From assembly GCF_006345805.1 (NCBI RefSeq), contig NC_043005.1, forward strand, positions 101,246,001 to 101,310,000: DNA of 64,000 bases, written 5' to 3'. Below are positions 47,895 through 61,779 of this stretch, piece after piece. The DNA is from Octopus sinensis. Lineage: Eukaryota. Position numbers and translations under genes: made by a program. The first letter of the stretch is position 1, and every line of letters begins with the position of its first letter. A model generated the notes under the pieces. It was not told where the DNA came from. It was given only the letters and a program-made list of their open reading frames with translations, and searched no databases.

Positions 47895-48340
47895 AACTGG
47901 AAGGTGTTTGATTTTTTCTATCATCCTCATATCAGCGAATGATGGTTTATTCAAAAGTACAGAAAAATGTTCCCCACCACATATGAATAGAAGCGGTGTC
48001 AGTCAGAAGCAAACGTTCATTTGCTGTTCTCACTGGAGCTATTGAAGAAGATTTGGGGCCATATATCTCCTTAACATAAGAGTACAAATCCTTGGCATCA
48101 TTTTTATCAGCTGCTTCTTGTACTCCTTTTGCTCTATCATTCCACCATTCCAGTTTAATTTTCTTAAGACATTTTAAGATCAGAAATTATCTGCAGCTCT
48201 TGGTGGTTCAAATCAGATATGCAATCTATGTGGGTGTCTTTCCAAAACATTGGTTTAAAAAGCCACATCAGATACCATGATGGTTCTAAAGTGTAGGTGA
48301 AGAAGGTGGTCAAACACTGCATAAAGAGTAGACAACCACC
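47895..48340 (-). mobile_element. RTE-BovB-like LINE ORF2 fragment
   Basis: LEWWNDRAKGVQEAADKNDAKDLYSYVKEIYGPKSSSIAPVRTANERLLLTD...EHFSVLLNKPS with one frameshift. 48200-48340 is paralogous to 35940-36055. Confidence 0.8.
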
Positions 48341-48391
48341 ATATGTATATATATATATATGTATGTATATACATATATATATATATATATA

Positions 48392-49406
48392 TCTCTTATT
48401 ATAAAAGGCAGATTTTATCTGCCTCCCTTTGGGAGTTATACAAATCTACAATATAGGATTTCTTCAATTACAATTTACCTAGCAATTTTAAGAGTACAAT
48501 GCATCGCGTCATGCCAGGTCCAGTTTTTAAAATTTAAACTCCAATTAAGCAAAATTTACAGAAAACTCACATTCTGGTGTGTGTGTCAAACGCTTTTCTT
48601 AGTCTGGTTTACACCACACGCAACGCACACACACACAAGGGAGCGAATTGTTTCACTGACGCTATCACCCTTCTCCTCCTTGTCTTTGCAAGTTGGCAGC
48701 TATTAAGTGAAAACAGTGAATCCGACAGCGATAAAGAAAACGAATTGGCACCTGAATGGAGTGAAAATTTAAAAACTGTTTCTTTCGGTGAGTTTTCTGA
48801 AGAAACTGGACCAAGCCACAGACTTTCCCAGAAGAGTAAAGCCTTACACTATTTCTATTTATTTTTTCGAATGAGCCTATTTGAAATCATACGCTAACGT
48901 AAACAAACCGAAAGAAAGGATAGTTTGTTATTTCCCTCAACCTTAATGAAATTAAGGCCTATTTTGCCATAAATATTATTATGGGTACAGAAAGTTACCC
49001 AGAATAACAAATTCTATCGCAAAATTTTGTTGTATACCCAATTGAATATTAGCTAATAACCCATTTTCTATAGCGATGTTTGAACAAAATTTTAATAATT
49101 TTACAGAAAGTTACCCAGAATAACAAACGAGCCCTTCTGGGTATTAGCGCGCGTCTACGATGAGTCTACGATTTAAAAAAAAATTACCATCATATTTTTA
49201 CATTTTAATGCATTTTTTTCGCTTTTATATAAGGGAAGTAACTCTCTAAAAATATCTATGATGTGTCAACGATTTAAAGAAAAATTTACCTTAATTTTTT
49301 TTCAATTTTTAATGCATTTTTTTGCTACTTTTTGGCTATAACTCTCTAAAAATGCTTATATAGTTATTTCCCTTACAATCCGAGCAACGCCGGGCGATAC
49401 TGCTAG
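48392..49406 (+). mobile_element. Non-autonomous Helitron
   Basis: A|TC at 48392. Hairpin CCGAGCAACGCCGGG followed by CTAG|T at 49403-06. Confidence 0.85.
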
Positions 49407-49964
49407 TATATATATATAAATAAGTTCAGCAAAATTTAGATTCAAATGAATATGGTACTTAAGTTAGATGCACCAGAGTTTTGTATGGTGTTATCCATAT
49501 AAATCCATGGGGTGATTATAATCAAAATAAGCAACAAGAATAACTTCGGTAATTTGGTACGATCGTTTCGCACTACATCATTTTATTAAATGTTGTAAGT
49601 ATTAAAACAGTTTTAAAATGCTGAACACTCATCAGCCATTAATAGAGGTTTTCCATTAATACATAATTTTTCTATCAAGTGAAAGATGTGGATTTAAATT
49701 TTAAGAATATTTAAGGTAGTGGAGTTTATCAACTGACTGAATAATATTCAGTTACTATGAACTGCTAGAAGGTTCTGAGAAGAATGGACAAATGAATGGA
49801 GACAAGAAAGATTTTCTATTTATAGAAATAGGGGTGAAATAAATGTCAAAGTTCCATATAAAGAAATTTAGGTAGATAGAAAAGGGTTAATGTTAAATGG
49901 TTATAATGACCACTCATAGAGAATGCAGAGATTTTTATAAAACTAATATACATCAAAACAATTG

Positions 49965-50690
49965 CAGCGTGGAAGGTGTTTATAAGCCATTTAAGAAACA
50001 CACAAAAGCCGTTCAATTCACTTCAACATTTAAGTTTAATTTGTCAAAATATTTTCGTCGCTAGAATCCGCAACCTGTTCACTGACAAAAATCCGTGCTG
50101 CATCAATATTATAATTAGCTGATAGGTTATGAGTATTTTGATACGTTGGATTAAAGGAGAAATTATAGATCTAAAATTTATTCAATTTAGAGAAAAGACT
50201 ATCTCTAATTATGAGTAGGTATAAAACGTATTAATTGGGGATAAACGTCTTATTAATCAAGTGAATATATTAGGGGTCAAAACTATATAATAGGAAAAAT
50301 AGAAGAGCAGAAATCAAAGAAGAAAGGTATTCATAGGTTTAGTAGAAAGTGATTTAATAATATGAAGAGAAGCAATTTAGAAGAGTAAATTATTCAGATT
50401 TCATAGATAGTGAGTTGTTATTAATGAATTAAAATATAGAATCTGTTGGAAATAATATTTACTACCCGCAGAGAAAGGTTAATTAGTTAGGTAAAAATAT
50501 CTTAGGTTAATTATACATTAAGAAATGGAAGTGAGATAATCAAGGTGAACCGAAAAGTTTCCTTAGGGACAGGATTTATACTATTTAGTATTGGAGAATA
50601 TTAAAAAAAAGAAGAATTTAATTCTAAGTTTGCAATGAAGTTTTTTAGTAATCTATGTATGTCGAATTAAAAACCAGTATGTGTATATAT
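49965..50690. repeat. Unclassified AT-rich interspersed repeat, possibly PLE-derived
   Basis: GCAGCG..GTGCTGC-bounded unit with a stem-GAA-palindrome motif, followed by a purine-biased tract. The assignment is weak. Confidence 0.3.
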
Positions 50691-50738
50691 ATATATACAT
50701 TTATATATATATATACACATACATACATTCATAGATAT

Positions 50739-50773
<35 letters not shown>

Positions 50774-50859
50774 AACATACATACATTCATAGATACATAC
50801 ACACACACACACATATATATATATATAAACATACATACATACATATATACATGTATTAG

Positions 50860-51081
50860 TCTTTTACTCTTTTACTTGTTTCAGTCATTTTGACTGTGGC
50901 TATGCTGGAGCACTACCTTTAGTTAAGGAAATTGACCCCAGGACTTATTTTTTGCAAGCCTTGTACTTATTCTATTGGTCTCTTTTGCTGAACTGCTAAG
51001 TTACGGGGACACAAACACACCAGCATCGGTTGTCAAGCAATGTTGGGGGGACAAACACAGACACACAAACATATACACACG

Positions 51082-51131
<50 letters not shown>

Positions 51132-51286
51132 TACGATAGGCTTCTTTCGGTTTCCGTCTACCAAATGCACCCACAAGGCTTTGGTAGGCCCGAGGCTACA
51201 GCAGAAGACACTTGTCCAAGGTGCCACGCAGTGAAACTGAACTCGGGACCATGTGGTTCGTAAGCCAGCTACTTACCACACAGCCA
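50860..51286 (-). mobile_element. SINE family B
   Basis: Family B body and tail. Confidence 0.9.
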
Positions 51287-51476
51287 AGAAATTAGAATAG
51301 CAAAAGGAAAAAAAATCATGAAATGAACTTTATTAGTATACTACTGTTTCGGCTATAGCTTCATTGCTGTTTCAAACAGTAAGTGCAATTTTTCGATGCT
51401 TTATTCTGAAGTGTGTGCATATTCAGTTCTAACACCAAGTTATTATTAATAGTATTGCTCTGCCTATGTGAACCAA

Positions 51477-51496
51477 TAATAATAATAATAGTAATA

Positions 51497-51529
<33 letters not shown>

Positions 51530-51580
51530 ATAATAATAATAATAATATTAATAATAACAATAGTAATAATAATAATAATA
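51477..51580. repeat. (AAT)n microsatellite
   Basis: Direct reading. A similar (ATT/ACT)n tract lies at 52880-52960. Confidence 0.95.
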
Positions 51581-53980
51581 TATATATATATATATCAAGA
51601 GAGATCTACAATTGATATATAAAGCTATAATGCTTTTAACCTTAAAACTTATTGATAATAAAAACAAAAAAAACCACTCCTTTCCATTACTTCAAAAGAC
51701 AAGCACTCTTCATCCATACTATTTGAATAACACTTTTCAAACAATTACATTCTATGCTATAATACTGGTTACTGCTTTTTTTGCTTTTGTTTTTGTTTTT
51801 TTCAGATTATGCATTTTATTCCAAGCACTGCCATGTTCTTTGCAGTCTCAATTTCTGTGTAATATTAAATTATTTATAAGAAACAAAGAATGCATCTCAT
51901 GTAAAATAAAATTTGGATATTATGCTGAAGATATCTAGAAATAGATGGCGATTGCTCATGAAACTTCTAAATATATCAGCCATTTAATAATATAGGTATT
52001 TCATTTAAACTAAGCAGTTAAAGACTTCGTTCCCTCTCCCCAATAGATACAATAAATCAATAGGAGTGATTCTAGCTGTAGGGCAAATAGCTAGCACATT
52101 TTAGCTAAGATTCTCTTGTCTCTATTGATAAAAGGTATTAGTAACAAGAAAACAATAACTAATCTTCTGGGGATTGGGTTTCTAATAGTGACATGAAACC
52201 AGAGATTAATAGCTACCAGGGAATATCTTAACATTACCATAATTTAGAAAGAAAAACATAGAGAAATAATTTTATTTTTTTATTTTTTATTTTTTTCTAA
52301 AATAAATCGAAAACTTTTAAAGTAATTGATGTGAAAAGAAAAGAAACAATGTCAAAAGGTTTAAAATTGCTTTTGATTTAGTGTAAAAATAAATTGATGC
52401 TGTCTTCTGCTGTGTTAGAATGGGAATAACAAAGAATGGTGGCAGAAAAAGGAATCTTGATTCGAAGAACTATAACTAAATTGCATCTGGTTGCCTAGCT
52501 GATTCTTTTCATAAATAGCTCATGGCTTGGAATAAATTACATTGCAATTCCAGCTTTGGCATTGCAGCTACGCTAGATAAAAACGATTTTATTTTTTAAG
52601 CCAAGCCAATATAACAGTATGAGTGATGAATACAACGGAACAACAGTGCAATGTAGAGATATGGTGCCACCAATCTATACATAGGAATTACTCAGACTTT
52701 TATTAAATTATTCGTTTTGCCATTTATTTCCAGTAAGCGAAAACAAAAGTCCTTGTCATTGCTATCTTTCATTGGTTATAAGGTTTTCAGAACTAATAAT
52801 TTCTGAAGAGAATGGGGAAAAAATATCATCAAGCAACATCAAAAAAAGTAATAAAAATGTTAATTTTAATTTTCTCAAACTCATTATTATTACTATTATT
52901 AGTACTATCATTATTACTACTACTACTATTATTATTATTACTATTATTATTATTATTATTTTAAAATGTATATGACGTAGAATGATTGAGAAAACACAGT
53001 TAATGGGAATTAAATTTTTGCATAATTTGAAAAATGTATTATTTCAACAGCATAAGGTAATAAGGATATAAGAAAGGTGAAGATGATAATGCTAATTAGA
53101 TAGCCTAATCTCTTAAGCTTTTCTCTCCTTCGTTTAACTCAAAACAAAGCACTGCTGTTTTGTATTAAAGAAGTTTAACACGAGAGACAAAGATCTTTAC
53201 AAATTATTTGTAATAAATTTAGAGTCACAAAGCTTAAGATGTATAGGTAAATTAGAATAAGTTTCAAAAAGATAATTTAGTTTCTATTTTGGGAATAATA
53301 TCAAATGATCAAACAATAAGCAGAACAATAATTTCTAAAAGATAATTTTCAAGTTGATAAAATCTTTTTTTTTTCTTTTTTTTTTTTTTCATGACAAAAG
53401 GGAACAAGAAAAGCTTACTCATTCGGTTTGTAGAATATTGGATACTGAAATGTCAATTATTGAGTGATGAATGGGAAATAGGAATTTCTAGAGAATTCTC
53501 TTTTAGCTTATTCTGGTTTACTCTCTTTTAAACTTTTAATACTTCTAATCTGAATGATTGTAAGAAAAGAAAACCTCTTGAGATCCACTCTGATTTGAAA
53601 CAGTAACCTCACCGATTCAAAGCCATAACCTTATTCTGTGATGTTCCATTGCTCTGTTGGAAAAGACAATTAACATCCAGCAAATCTGTTTCAGAAGTTA
53701 TTACTTCACATAGGATTGTGCTGATAACAATATCTTTCAAAAAACAGTTCTCACTCAGTGAGTTAACAATGAATTACGGTAACGTCCAGTTTGAACTACA
53801 ATCTGGGAAACCTAACTATTATGGAAGATTTGTATTTGTATGCTTTGGCACATGAATGAATCTACTATGTATCTCCACCTTTGTCATATGAGGTGATTTT
53901 CATTTAGAAGTTATCTGCATCTACAACAACTCCAGCTTAAGGTTAAGAAAGTAGCCAAGTACTATGCTTGTTTGGATACG

Positions 53981-54162
53981 ATTGGGTTGTCCGGAAAGTT
54001 GGTGCCGATTTATAGTAGCTTACATTTTGACTTATTTTAGAACGTGGTTGAGTTCATAAAATAGGATTTAACTACACCTCCATTTAGAGCACAGTTTAAG
54101 CTATCTTTTCGTGGAAGAAGGTTTATGTAGAAAATTCACCCGAACAAATTTTGCCCAACCCA
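53981..54162. mobile_element. Possible mariner-type MITE or relic
   Basis: TGGGTTGTCCGGAAAGTT vs revcomp TGGGTTGGGCAAAATTT, degenerate TIR-like ends. Confidence 0.35.
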
Positions 54163-55004
54163 AGCAGGCACAGAGGAGTGAACAATAATGATATTGCCTG
54201 TATTGCTGTAAGTCAAATGGTTTTACAATAGGATTGGTGTGGAATTGATGATTATATTTAACAAATTTTCAATCGCAAAATTTTAAAAAAATTAAATAAA
54301 TCTAACTTTTTAATTTGCTTGACAGTTAAATTTTACAACTGTAATCACAATAATTTACATTTTTCTTGAAATAACTTGAAACTAAAACGATAGCTATCAA
54401 CCGTCACAGTGAAAAAGGTGAAGAAAAGTTTCAGCAATCTCTATATAATCTATATACATTAAAATTTTTTTTTTAATTGATATTAAAATATTCTATTCAA
54501 ACATAACTAAAATTATGTCTCCGATCTAAAATTATGTCTCCAAATTGATAAATGATTTACTCAGGTTTATTATTGTAAAGGTTACTATTATGGGAAATTA
54601 CAGTAAATACAAATTTCATATGTAACCTAAATTAAAATTCTTAAATAATTAATTGAAAATTGATTAAATACTTTAAATATTATATAATCAAATTGAAAAT
54701 CAAGAAAACAAATCAAGAGAACATACTTTTATCTTATAATTATTTTGTTTTGTTATTTTATTTCAAAATAGCAAGAAGCTTGATTGTTTCAAATCTAAGA
54801 CTTTATGATAGTTTCAATTGCATTAAACATTCAAAAGGTGAACTGATGCTAATTGCAATAAATTGTCCAGTATTCTCATTCTATAAGCAAAAAACATGGC
54901 AAGTGAATAAAATCAAATAGGTTTGTTACTAATATGACAAAAAGAAAAGAAAAATTGAACATGTCAGCACTTCAATGATATGATTCCATATCCTATTCTA
55001 TATC

Positions 55005-55778
55005 TAGGTTGGCAATGTAGCAGAAGTATTAGCATGGTGGGTAAAATGCTCAACAGCATTTTGTCCGTCTTTACGTTTCAAGTTCAAATTTCACTTGATA
55101 CAATCCTCAAAATAGAGAAAAAACAATCTTTCAGAAACTTATACTATACATCTTAAGCTCTGTAATTGTATATTTGTTCTCTTTACACTTTTACTCTTTT
55201 ACTCGCTTCAGTCATTTGACTGCAGCCATGCTGGAGCACTTCCTTTTAGTCAAGCAAATCGACCCCAGGACTTATTCTTTAGAAGCCTAGTGCTTATTCT
55301 ATCAGTTTCTTTTGCTGAACCGCTAAGTTACGGGGACATAAAACACACCACCATCAGTTGTCAACCGATGTTAGGGGGACAAACACAGACACACAAACAT
55401 ATATATACATACATATATACAACAGGCTTCTTTCAGTTTCAGTTTCTGCCCACCAAATCCACTCACAAGGCTTTGGTTGGCCCGAGGCTATAGTAGAAGA
55501 CACTTGCCCAAAGTGCCATGCAGTGGGACTGAACCCGGAACCATGTGGTTGGTAAGCAAGCTACTTACCACACAGCCACTCCTAAACCTACATAATTTAT
55601 AAAGATCTTGGTCTCCTATGTTAAACGTTTTTAATAGAAAACAGCAATGCATTGTTGACTTTGCCTCTCATCATTTCAAGGTCAATAAAATAAGTACCAG
55701 TAGAACACTGGGGTCAGTATAATCAAGTTAACCCCTCCCTTGAAATTGCTGGCTTGGTGCCAAAATTTGAAACCAATA
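55005..55778 (+). mobile_element. Old family A-variant SINE split into 55005-55095 and 55655-55778
   Basis: Head and centre/tail are separated by ~560 bp that include a family B SINE. Confidence 0.6.
55178..55583 (-). mobile_element. SINE family B
   Basis: Family B head and tail. Confidence 0.9.
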
Positions 55779-56298
55779 TGCTATTCTATATTTCATCTAA
55801 AGTTTGTTCAACTAAGTTCTCATTACTGAGCAAAGCTTTTTAATCTAATCTCTCTCTCTCTCTTTCTGTATAAACTAGAATAGATTACTTAGGTTCTTTT
55901 ACAATATCCTCAACAAATCCCCAGTTATATAAATCTCTGTTACCTTAATTATCTACTAATATGAATTAACACTCTCTCTCTCTCTCTCTGTTTCTCCCTC
56001 TCTCTATCTATCCTTCTTCTTCTTTGTCTAACTCCCAGACATGCATCAAAGCCATTTGAAACTCTTTCTATATCCCTGTATTTTATCAAAACAAAATACT
56101 TTATATCCTCCTCCTCATCATCATCACCATCGTCCCCACCATCATTTAAGGTCCACTATTCAATGATGCTTGCATGGGTCAGACAGAGCTTGATAAGGTA
56201 GATTTTCAACGGTCAGATGCCCTTCCTGTTGCCAACACCTACCTGTTCCCATGAAAAGGGATATTTTCCCCATGGTTAGGCATGTTTTTTTCACATAT

Positions 56299-56916
56299 AT
56301 GTATATATATATATATATGTGTGTGTTTGTGTGTCTGTGTTTGTTCCCCTAACATCACTTAAAAACTGATGCTGGTGTGTTTTACGTCCCCGTAACTTAG
56401 CAGTTCGGCAAAAGAGACCAATAGAATAAGTACTAGGCTTCCAAAGAATAAGTCCTGGGGTCGATTTGCTCGACTAAAGGTAGTGCTCCAGCATGGCCAC
56501 AGTCAAATGACTGAAACAAGTAAAATAGTCAAAGAGAATATACACGTGTATATAGGAGTGGTTGTGTGGTAAGTAGCTTGCTTCCTAAGCACATGGTTCA
56601 GGGTTCAGTCCCACTGTGTGGCACCTTGGGCATGTGAGTGGATTTGGTAGACGGAAACTGAAAGAAGCCTGTCGTATATATGTATATATATGTGTGTGTG
56701 TGTATGTTTGTGCATCTGTGTTTGTCCTCCCAACTTCGCTTGACAACCGAAGCTGCTGTGTGTACGTCCCTGTAACTTAGCAGTTCGGCAAAAGAGACCG
56801 ATAGAATAAGTACTAAGCCTACAAGGAATAAGTCCCAGGGTCGAGTTGCTCGACTAAAGGCGGTGCTCCAGCATGGCCGCAGTCAAATGACCGAAACAAG
56901 TAAAAGAGTAAAAGAG
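56299..56916 (+). mobile_element. Two tandem family B SINEs (3' half at 56299-56538, near-full copy at 56552-56916)
   Basis: Both end in AAAAGAGAATATACACGTGT-like flanks. Confidence 0.88.
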
Positions 56917-57355
56917 AATATACACGTGTGTGTGTGTGTATGTTTATATATCTATATATAATATACAGATATATTTATATGTGAGAGAGTGTGTATAAAT
57001 CTGTGTATAAAAGTAGTGTATGTGTTTATGCCCCATAAAATCAGTGTTGTTGTTGCTATACTTGTAATATTGATAATATTGATAAAATAAATATGAAACT
57101 TTAAAATAATTACTGGGATCAATACATTTAACTAAATCCCCAGCATAGCCACAATCCAATAAGCAGTAAAATACTAAATGAATTAAGAATGTATCATACT
57201 TGATTAAATTAATTAATTTATATCAAAGTAATTGCAACAATTACCTTTATCATATTGAATTACATTATGATATCTTAAACTCTGCTAGACATGACTATGG
57301 CTTCGCTGAATACTCTGAATCCCAGTTGGCCTTTACGTATGTTTTTATATTTACA

Positions 57356-57738
57356 CTAGCAGTATCGCCCGGCGTTGCTCGGGTTTGTAAGGGAAATAAC
57401 TATATATGCATTTTCAGAGATGTAAAGTATAATAGCCATCTCAATGTGGCTAACCACAAAGGGGGGGGGTGTTACTGTAGCTTTTTATGTTCTGAGATTT
57501 AATAAATTTTTAGAGAGTTACTTTCCTTATTTATGCCAAAAATGGATTAAAAATGGGAAAAATTGATGGTAAATTTTTGTTTAAATTGTAGACTCATTGT
57601 AGACACGTGCTAATACCCAGAAGGGCTCGATATGAATCACGACTATAATGGTTAAACTGCACCGCAAAATGTGGGAGTAGTTAGGAATCTAAATCGTAGG
57701 AGACAGACAGCACACAACCTCACTTTTATATATAAAGA
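57356..57738 (-). mobile_element. Non-autonomous Helitron (383 bp)
   Basis: CTAG at 57356-59, hairpin CCCGGCGTTGCTCGGG, 5' TC at 57738. The 3' part matches 49130-49406. Confidence 0.85.
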
Positions 57739-57980
57739 TATATATACACACATGCACACACACATACACAATCATCATTATTTAGCATCCATTTTCCGTG
57801 AATGGTTTGACAGAAGCTGGTAAGGCTCGGGGTGGGGTGATGTGGGGGTGCACAAGGCTCCATTGTCTGTTTTTAGCAGGGTATCTACAGCTGGATGCTT
57901 CACCTGGCACCAACCATTTTACAGAGTGTACTGGGTGGTTTTAATGTGGCACCAGCACTGATATCAAGTCTGTTGTGGTA

Positions 57981-58521
57981 GATGGTGGTGATGGCGATGA
58001 TGATGATGATGATGATGGCGATGGCGATGATGGCGATGATGATGATGATGATGATGGCGATGATGGTGATGATGATGATGGCGATGATGGTGATGATGAT
58101 GATGATGATGGCGATGATGATGATGATGATGATGATGATAATGATGATGATGATGGTGATGATGATGGTGATGATGGTGATGATGATGATGATGATGGCG
58201 ATGATGATGATGATGATGATGGCGATGGCGATGATGGCGATGATGATGATAATGATGATGATGATGGTGATGATGATGGCGATGATGGTGATGATGATGG
58301 AGGTGATGGCGATGATGATGATGATGATGATGATGATGGTGATGATGATGGCGATGATGGTGATGATGATGATGGCGATGATGATGATGATGGTGATGAT
58401 GATGGCGATGATGGTGATGATGATGATGATGATGGCGATGATGATGATGATGATGATGGTGATGATGATGGCGATGATGGTGATGATGATGATGATGGTG
58501 ATGATGATGGTGATGATGATG
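57981..58521. repeat. Compound trinucleotide repeat, (GAT)n with GGC/GGT/AAT variants
   Basis: Direct reading, ~540 bp. Confidence 0.97.
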
Positions 58522-58671
58522 ACAATGTTTACTTTAACTGCCGCTCAGCTTCACCCGTATGTCAGCTGTAAAGCTACAATAAAGTGACAGAAAGGCTCAG
58601 ACTTTTCTCCTCGGTCCTACTTTCTCCAGATCTTCTTAACTCTCTGCATCTCTTCATCGACTCCACTATTT

Positions 58672-58716
<45 letters not shown>

Positions 58717-59335
58717 TTCCTCTCTCACACACTATCTTTCTTCAGTCACCCCACTCCCAACACCGGCACCACCTCCTACACACCTGTAACTACCAGTTTC
58801 TGTTTCCCTTACTTCATTCGAGTTACCTCCCCTAGCATTACACCAAATCGTAGGTAGTAATTGTACCATTGTGTTATTAACGCAGAGATGGACAAAGGTA
58901 CCTGGTCACAAAATACAGATAAATCTAAATTATAAACAGACAAAGAGTTGACACAGGCACATAAGTTAACATTGCTTGGCAAATACATAAGAATTATACA
59001 TTCCATAGTTCAGCCAAGTAAACGTACTTTATACTGTCAATATTTTCTTTTGCTTCATCTCATACAGCTCAAGTCCAACAGATATTTAATAAACGGATAT
59101 AAAGCAAAATAAAGTGGATTGTTGATTGATTCTCTCTAAAATTAGAAGTCAAATATTGTATATAGATCTAATAAGAATAGATATCTTATGTAAATAATTC
59201 TTTCAGACACAACTGTTATTTCCAATAATCTGTTCTCAATCACTATTGGTATCCTTATCCAAAGTTTCTCACATCCAATAGGTTTTATCATAGTCGCCAT
59301 TTGGTTTAAGGAATGCCATAAATTTCAACATAAAT

Positions 59336-59762
59336 AGGTGCAGGAGTGGCTGTTTGGTAAATAGCTTACTTACCAACCACATGGTTCCAGGTTCAGTCCC
59401 ACTGCGTGGCACCTTGGGCAAGTGTCTTCTATTATAGTCATGAGCCAACCAAAGCCTTGTGAGTGGATTTAGTAGACAGAAACTGAAAGAAGCCTGTCGT
59501 ATATGTGTGTGTGTGTGTGTGTGTGTGTCTGTCTGTCTGTGTGTATGTCTTTGTCTGTGTTTGTCCCCCCCACCATTGCTTGACAACTGATGTTGGTGTA
59601 TTTATGTTCCCATAACTTAGCGGTTCAGCAAAAAGAGACCGATAGAATAAGTACTAGGCTTACAAAGAATAAGTCCTGGGGTTGATTTGTTCGACTAAAG
59701 GCGGTGCTCCAGCATGGTCACAGTCAAATGACTGAAACAAGTAAAAGAATAAAACAATAAAA
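59336..59762 (+). mobile_element. SINE family B, full length
   Basis: Family B head and tail. Confidence 0.92.
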
Positions 59763-60038
59763 GAATGGACTGGCTACATGGTTAGTAGTTTCATAGAACT
59801 GAAGAAACCAGACTAAAAAGTGAAACATTGGAGCAAGACATGGGACTCTAACCTGTTGGATCTCGTTAAAAATGCCAGGATATTTGCATTTTTCCAATAT
59901 AAAATGATGAAAATGATAATTATACAGTATTTTGCCTGGCAATCCCCCGTCAAACCATCCAGCCCATGCCAGCAAGGAAGGTGGACATTAAATGATGATG
60001 ATGATGATATAAATGTGTGTGTGTGTGTACACACACAT

Positions 60039-60071
<33 letters not shown>

Positions 60072-60098
60072 CATACATACATACACACACACACACAT

Positions 60099-60134
<36 letters not shown>

Positions 60135-60168
60135 GAAAACGGACGCTAAACGATGATGATGATGATGA

Positions 60169-60217
<49 letters not shown>

Positions 60218-60631
60218 TATATTTAACTGAACCACTCCTGTCAGTCAATTTCTTCAATAAATGGAATTATGAGATTTTACTTGAGATAAATGATCAGTAA
60301 TGAAGAAGGAGTGGGCGCTATGTACATCGCCTGTTAATCACACTAATCTAATTCTGGGGGTGGAGGTAGGGGATTTCAATGTTATTAAAACTTTCTTAAA
60401 ACTGTTGGAAAAATATATTTTAAAAAATTTTAATTATTTATCTGTTTTATGTAGAAATAACTTGTTGATAGTTACACAAAAATATATAATGTCCCTATTG
60501 CAGTTGGAATTAACACTTTAATTACAAAAAGCAGATATATTGACTCAAAATTTGATCACTGTTAAAACTGTGGGCAGTGGTTTTCTACCTTGGCTTTGCA
60601 AAAAACACAGCTTTCGTTTCTCCTCTAGGCA

Positions 60632-60780
60632 CATCATCATCATTTAATGTCCATTTTCCATGCTAGCATGGGTTGGACAGTTTGACCGGGGGTCTGGTAA
60701 ACCATGAAGGCTGCACCAGGCTCTAGTCTGATATGGCAGTGTTTCTACAGCTGGATGCCCTTCCTATCACCAACCATTCC
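60632..60780 (-). mobile_element. RTE-associated (GAT)n-tailed element
   Basis: Revcomp homologue of 7200-7383. Confidence 0.75.
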
Positions 60781-60970
60781 CGAAATTTGGGGGAAGGAGC
60801 CAGTCAATTAGATCGACCCCAATACTTAATTGGCACCTAATTTATCGACCCTGAAAGGATGAAAGGCAAAGTTGACCTCGGAAGAATATGAACTTAGAAC
60901 GTAACGACAAATGAAACACTGATAAGCATTTCGCCCCAGCGTGCTAACGTTTCTGCCAGCTCGCCACCTT
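60781..60970 (-). mobile_element. SINE family A (variant)
   Basis: Revcomp of the family A head and centre. Confidence 0.8.
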
Positions 60971-61099
60971 TTCTGCAAAAAACTCTTCTTATACCCTGTG
61001 AAACAGAGACATGCTCAGTGATCCTTTTTACAAGTGACCATTTCTCAGATTTTCTTAATTTTTCATGCATGCTCCACTGGGTGGATAATGTCAGTGTGC

Positions 61100-61636
61100 A
61101 TGCACAACAGAGTGTGAATGGTTTAAGAGGAAAACAGGGTATAAAAACATCAGATGTGTGCAAGTGAGATTGTGCTAATTTGGTCATGGATGAAGACAGC
61201 TGCATAAAGAAGTGCTGATCTGTAATTGTGAAAGGTATCTGTGGAAGGGGTCGACCGAGGAAGTCATGGGACGAAGTGGTGAGAAAGGATCTTCAGATGC
61301 TAAGGACCAGGAGATGTGGTGATTTGCTGTACTTGATAAGAGACATCAAGCTAAGTAAAACTGTTGTCTTCCATACATACAGGGTAGTCCTTTCAGGGGC
61401 TGGTGCCACTTAAAAAGCGCCCATGCTGGTGCTGCATTAATGCACCCATGACAGTAACCTGTAAAAAGCACCCAGCACACTCTTTTAAGAGGTTGGCATT
61501 AGGAAGGGCCTCCAGCTGTAGAAGCCATGCCACAACAGACAATTGGAGTCTAGACAACTCCCTGCTGGCCAGTTCCATATCAAATCATCCAACCCATACC
61601 ATCATGGAAAGCGGATGTTAAATGATGATAATGATT
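61100..61636 (+). mobile_element. RTE LINE 3' fragment with a (GAT)n-tailed 3' region
   Basis: GRGRPRKSWDEVVRKDLQML followed by the GGCATTAGGAAGGGC..CAGCTGTAGAA module and a TGATGAT tail. Confidence 0.7.
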
Positions 61637-61779
61637 TCATCAAATACCCGTGCAAGAATCAAATACTTTTAGTGGTGGATATGAAAACAATATCTGCAGG
61701 GGATACTAAACAATTATTGAAGGAGTAGAAAATGTCAATTCTATTTTTTGGGGTGGATAATTAACCATGAAACTTATTT

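Noticed and set aside
57975-58571. Asp-rich (biomineralisation-like) protein CDS
   Set aside because: Pure trinucleotide repeat, open in several frames, with no signal peptide or convincing splice context.
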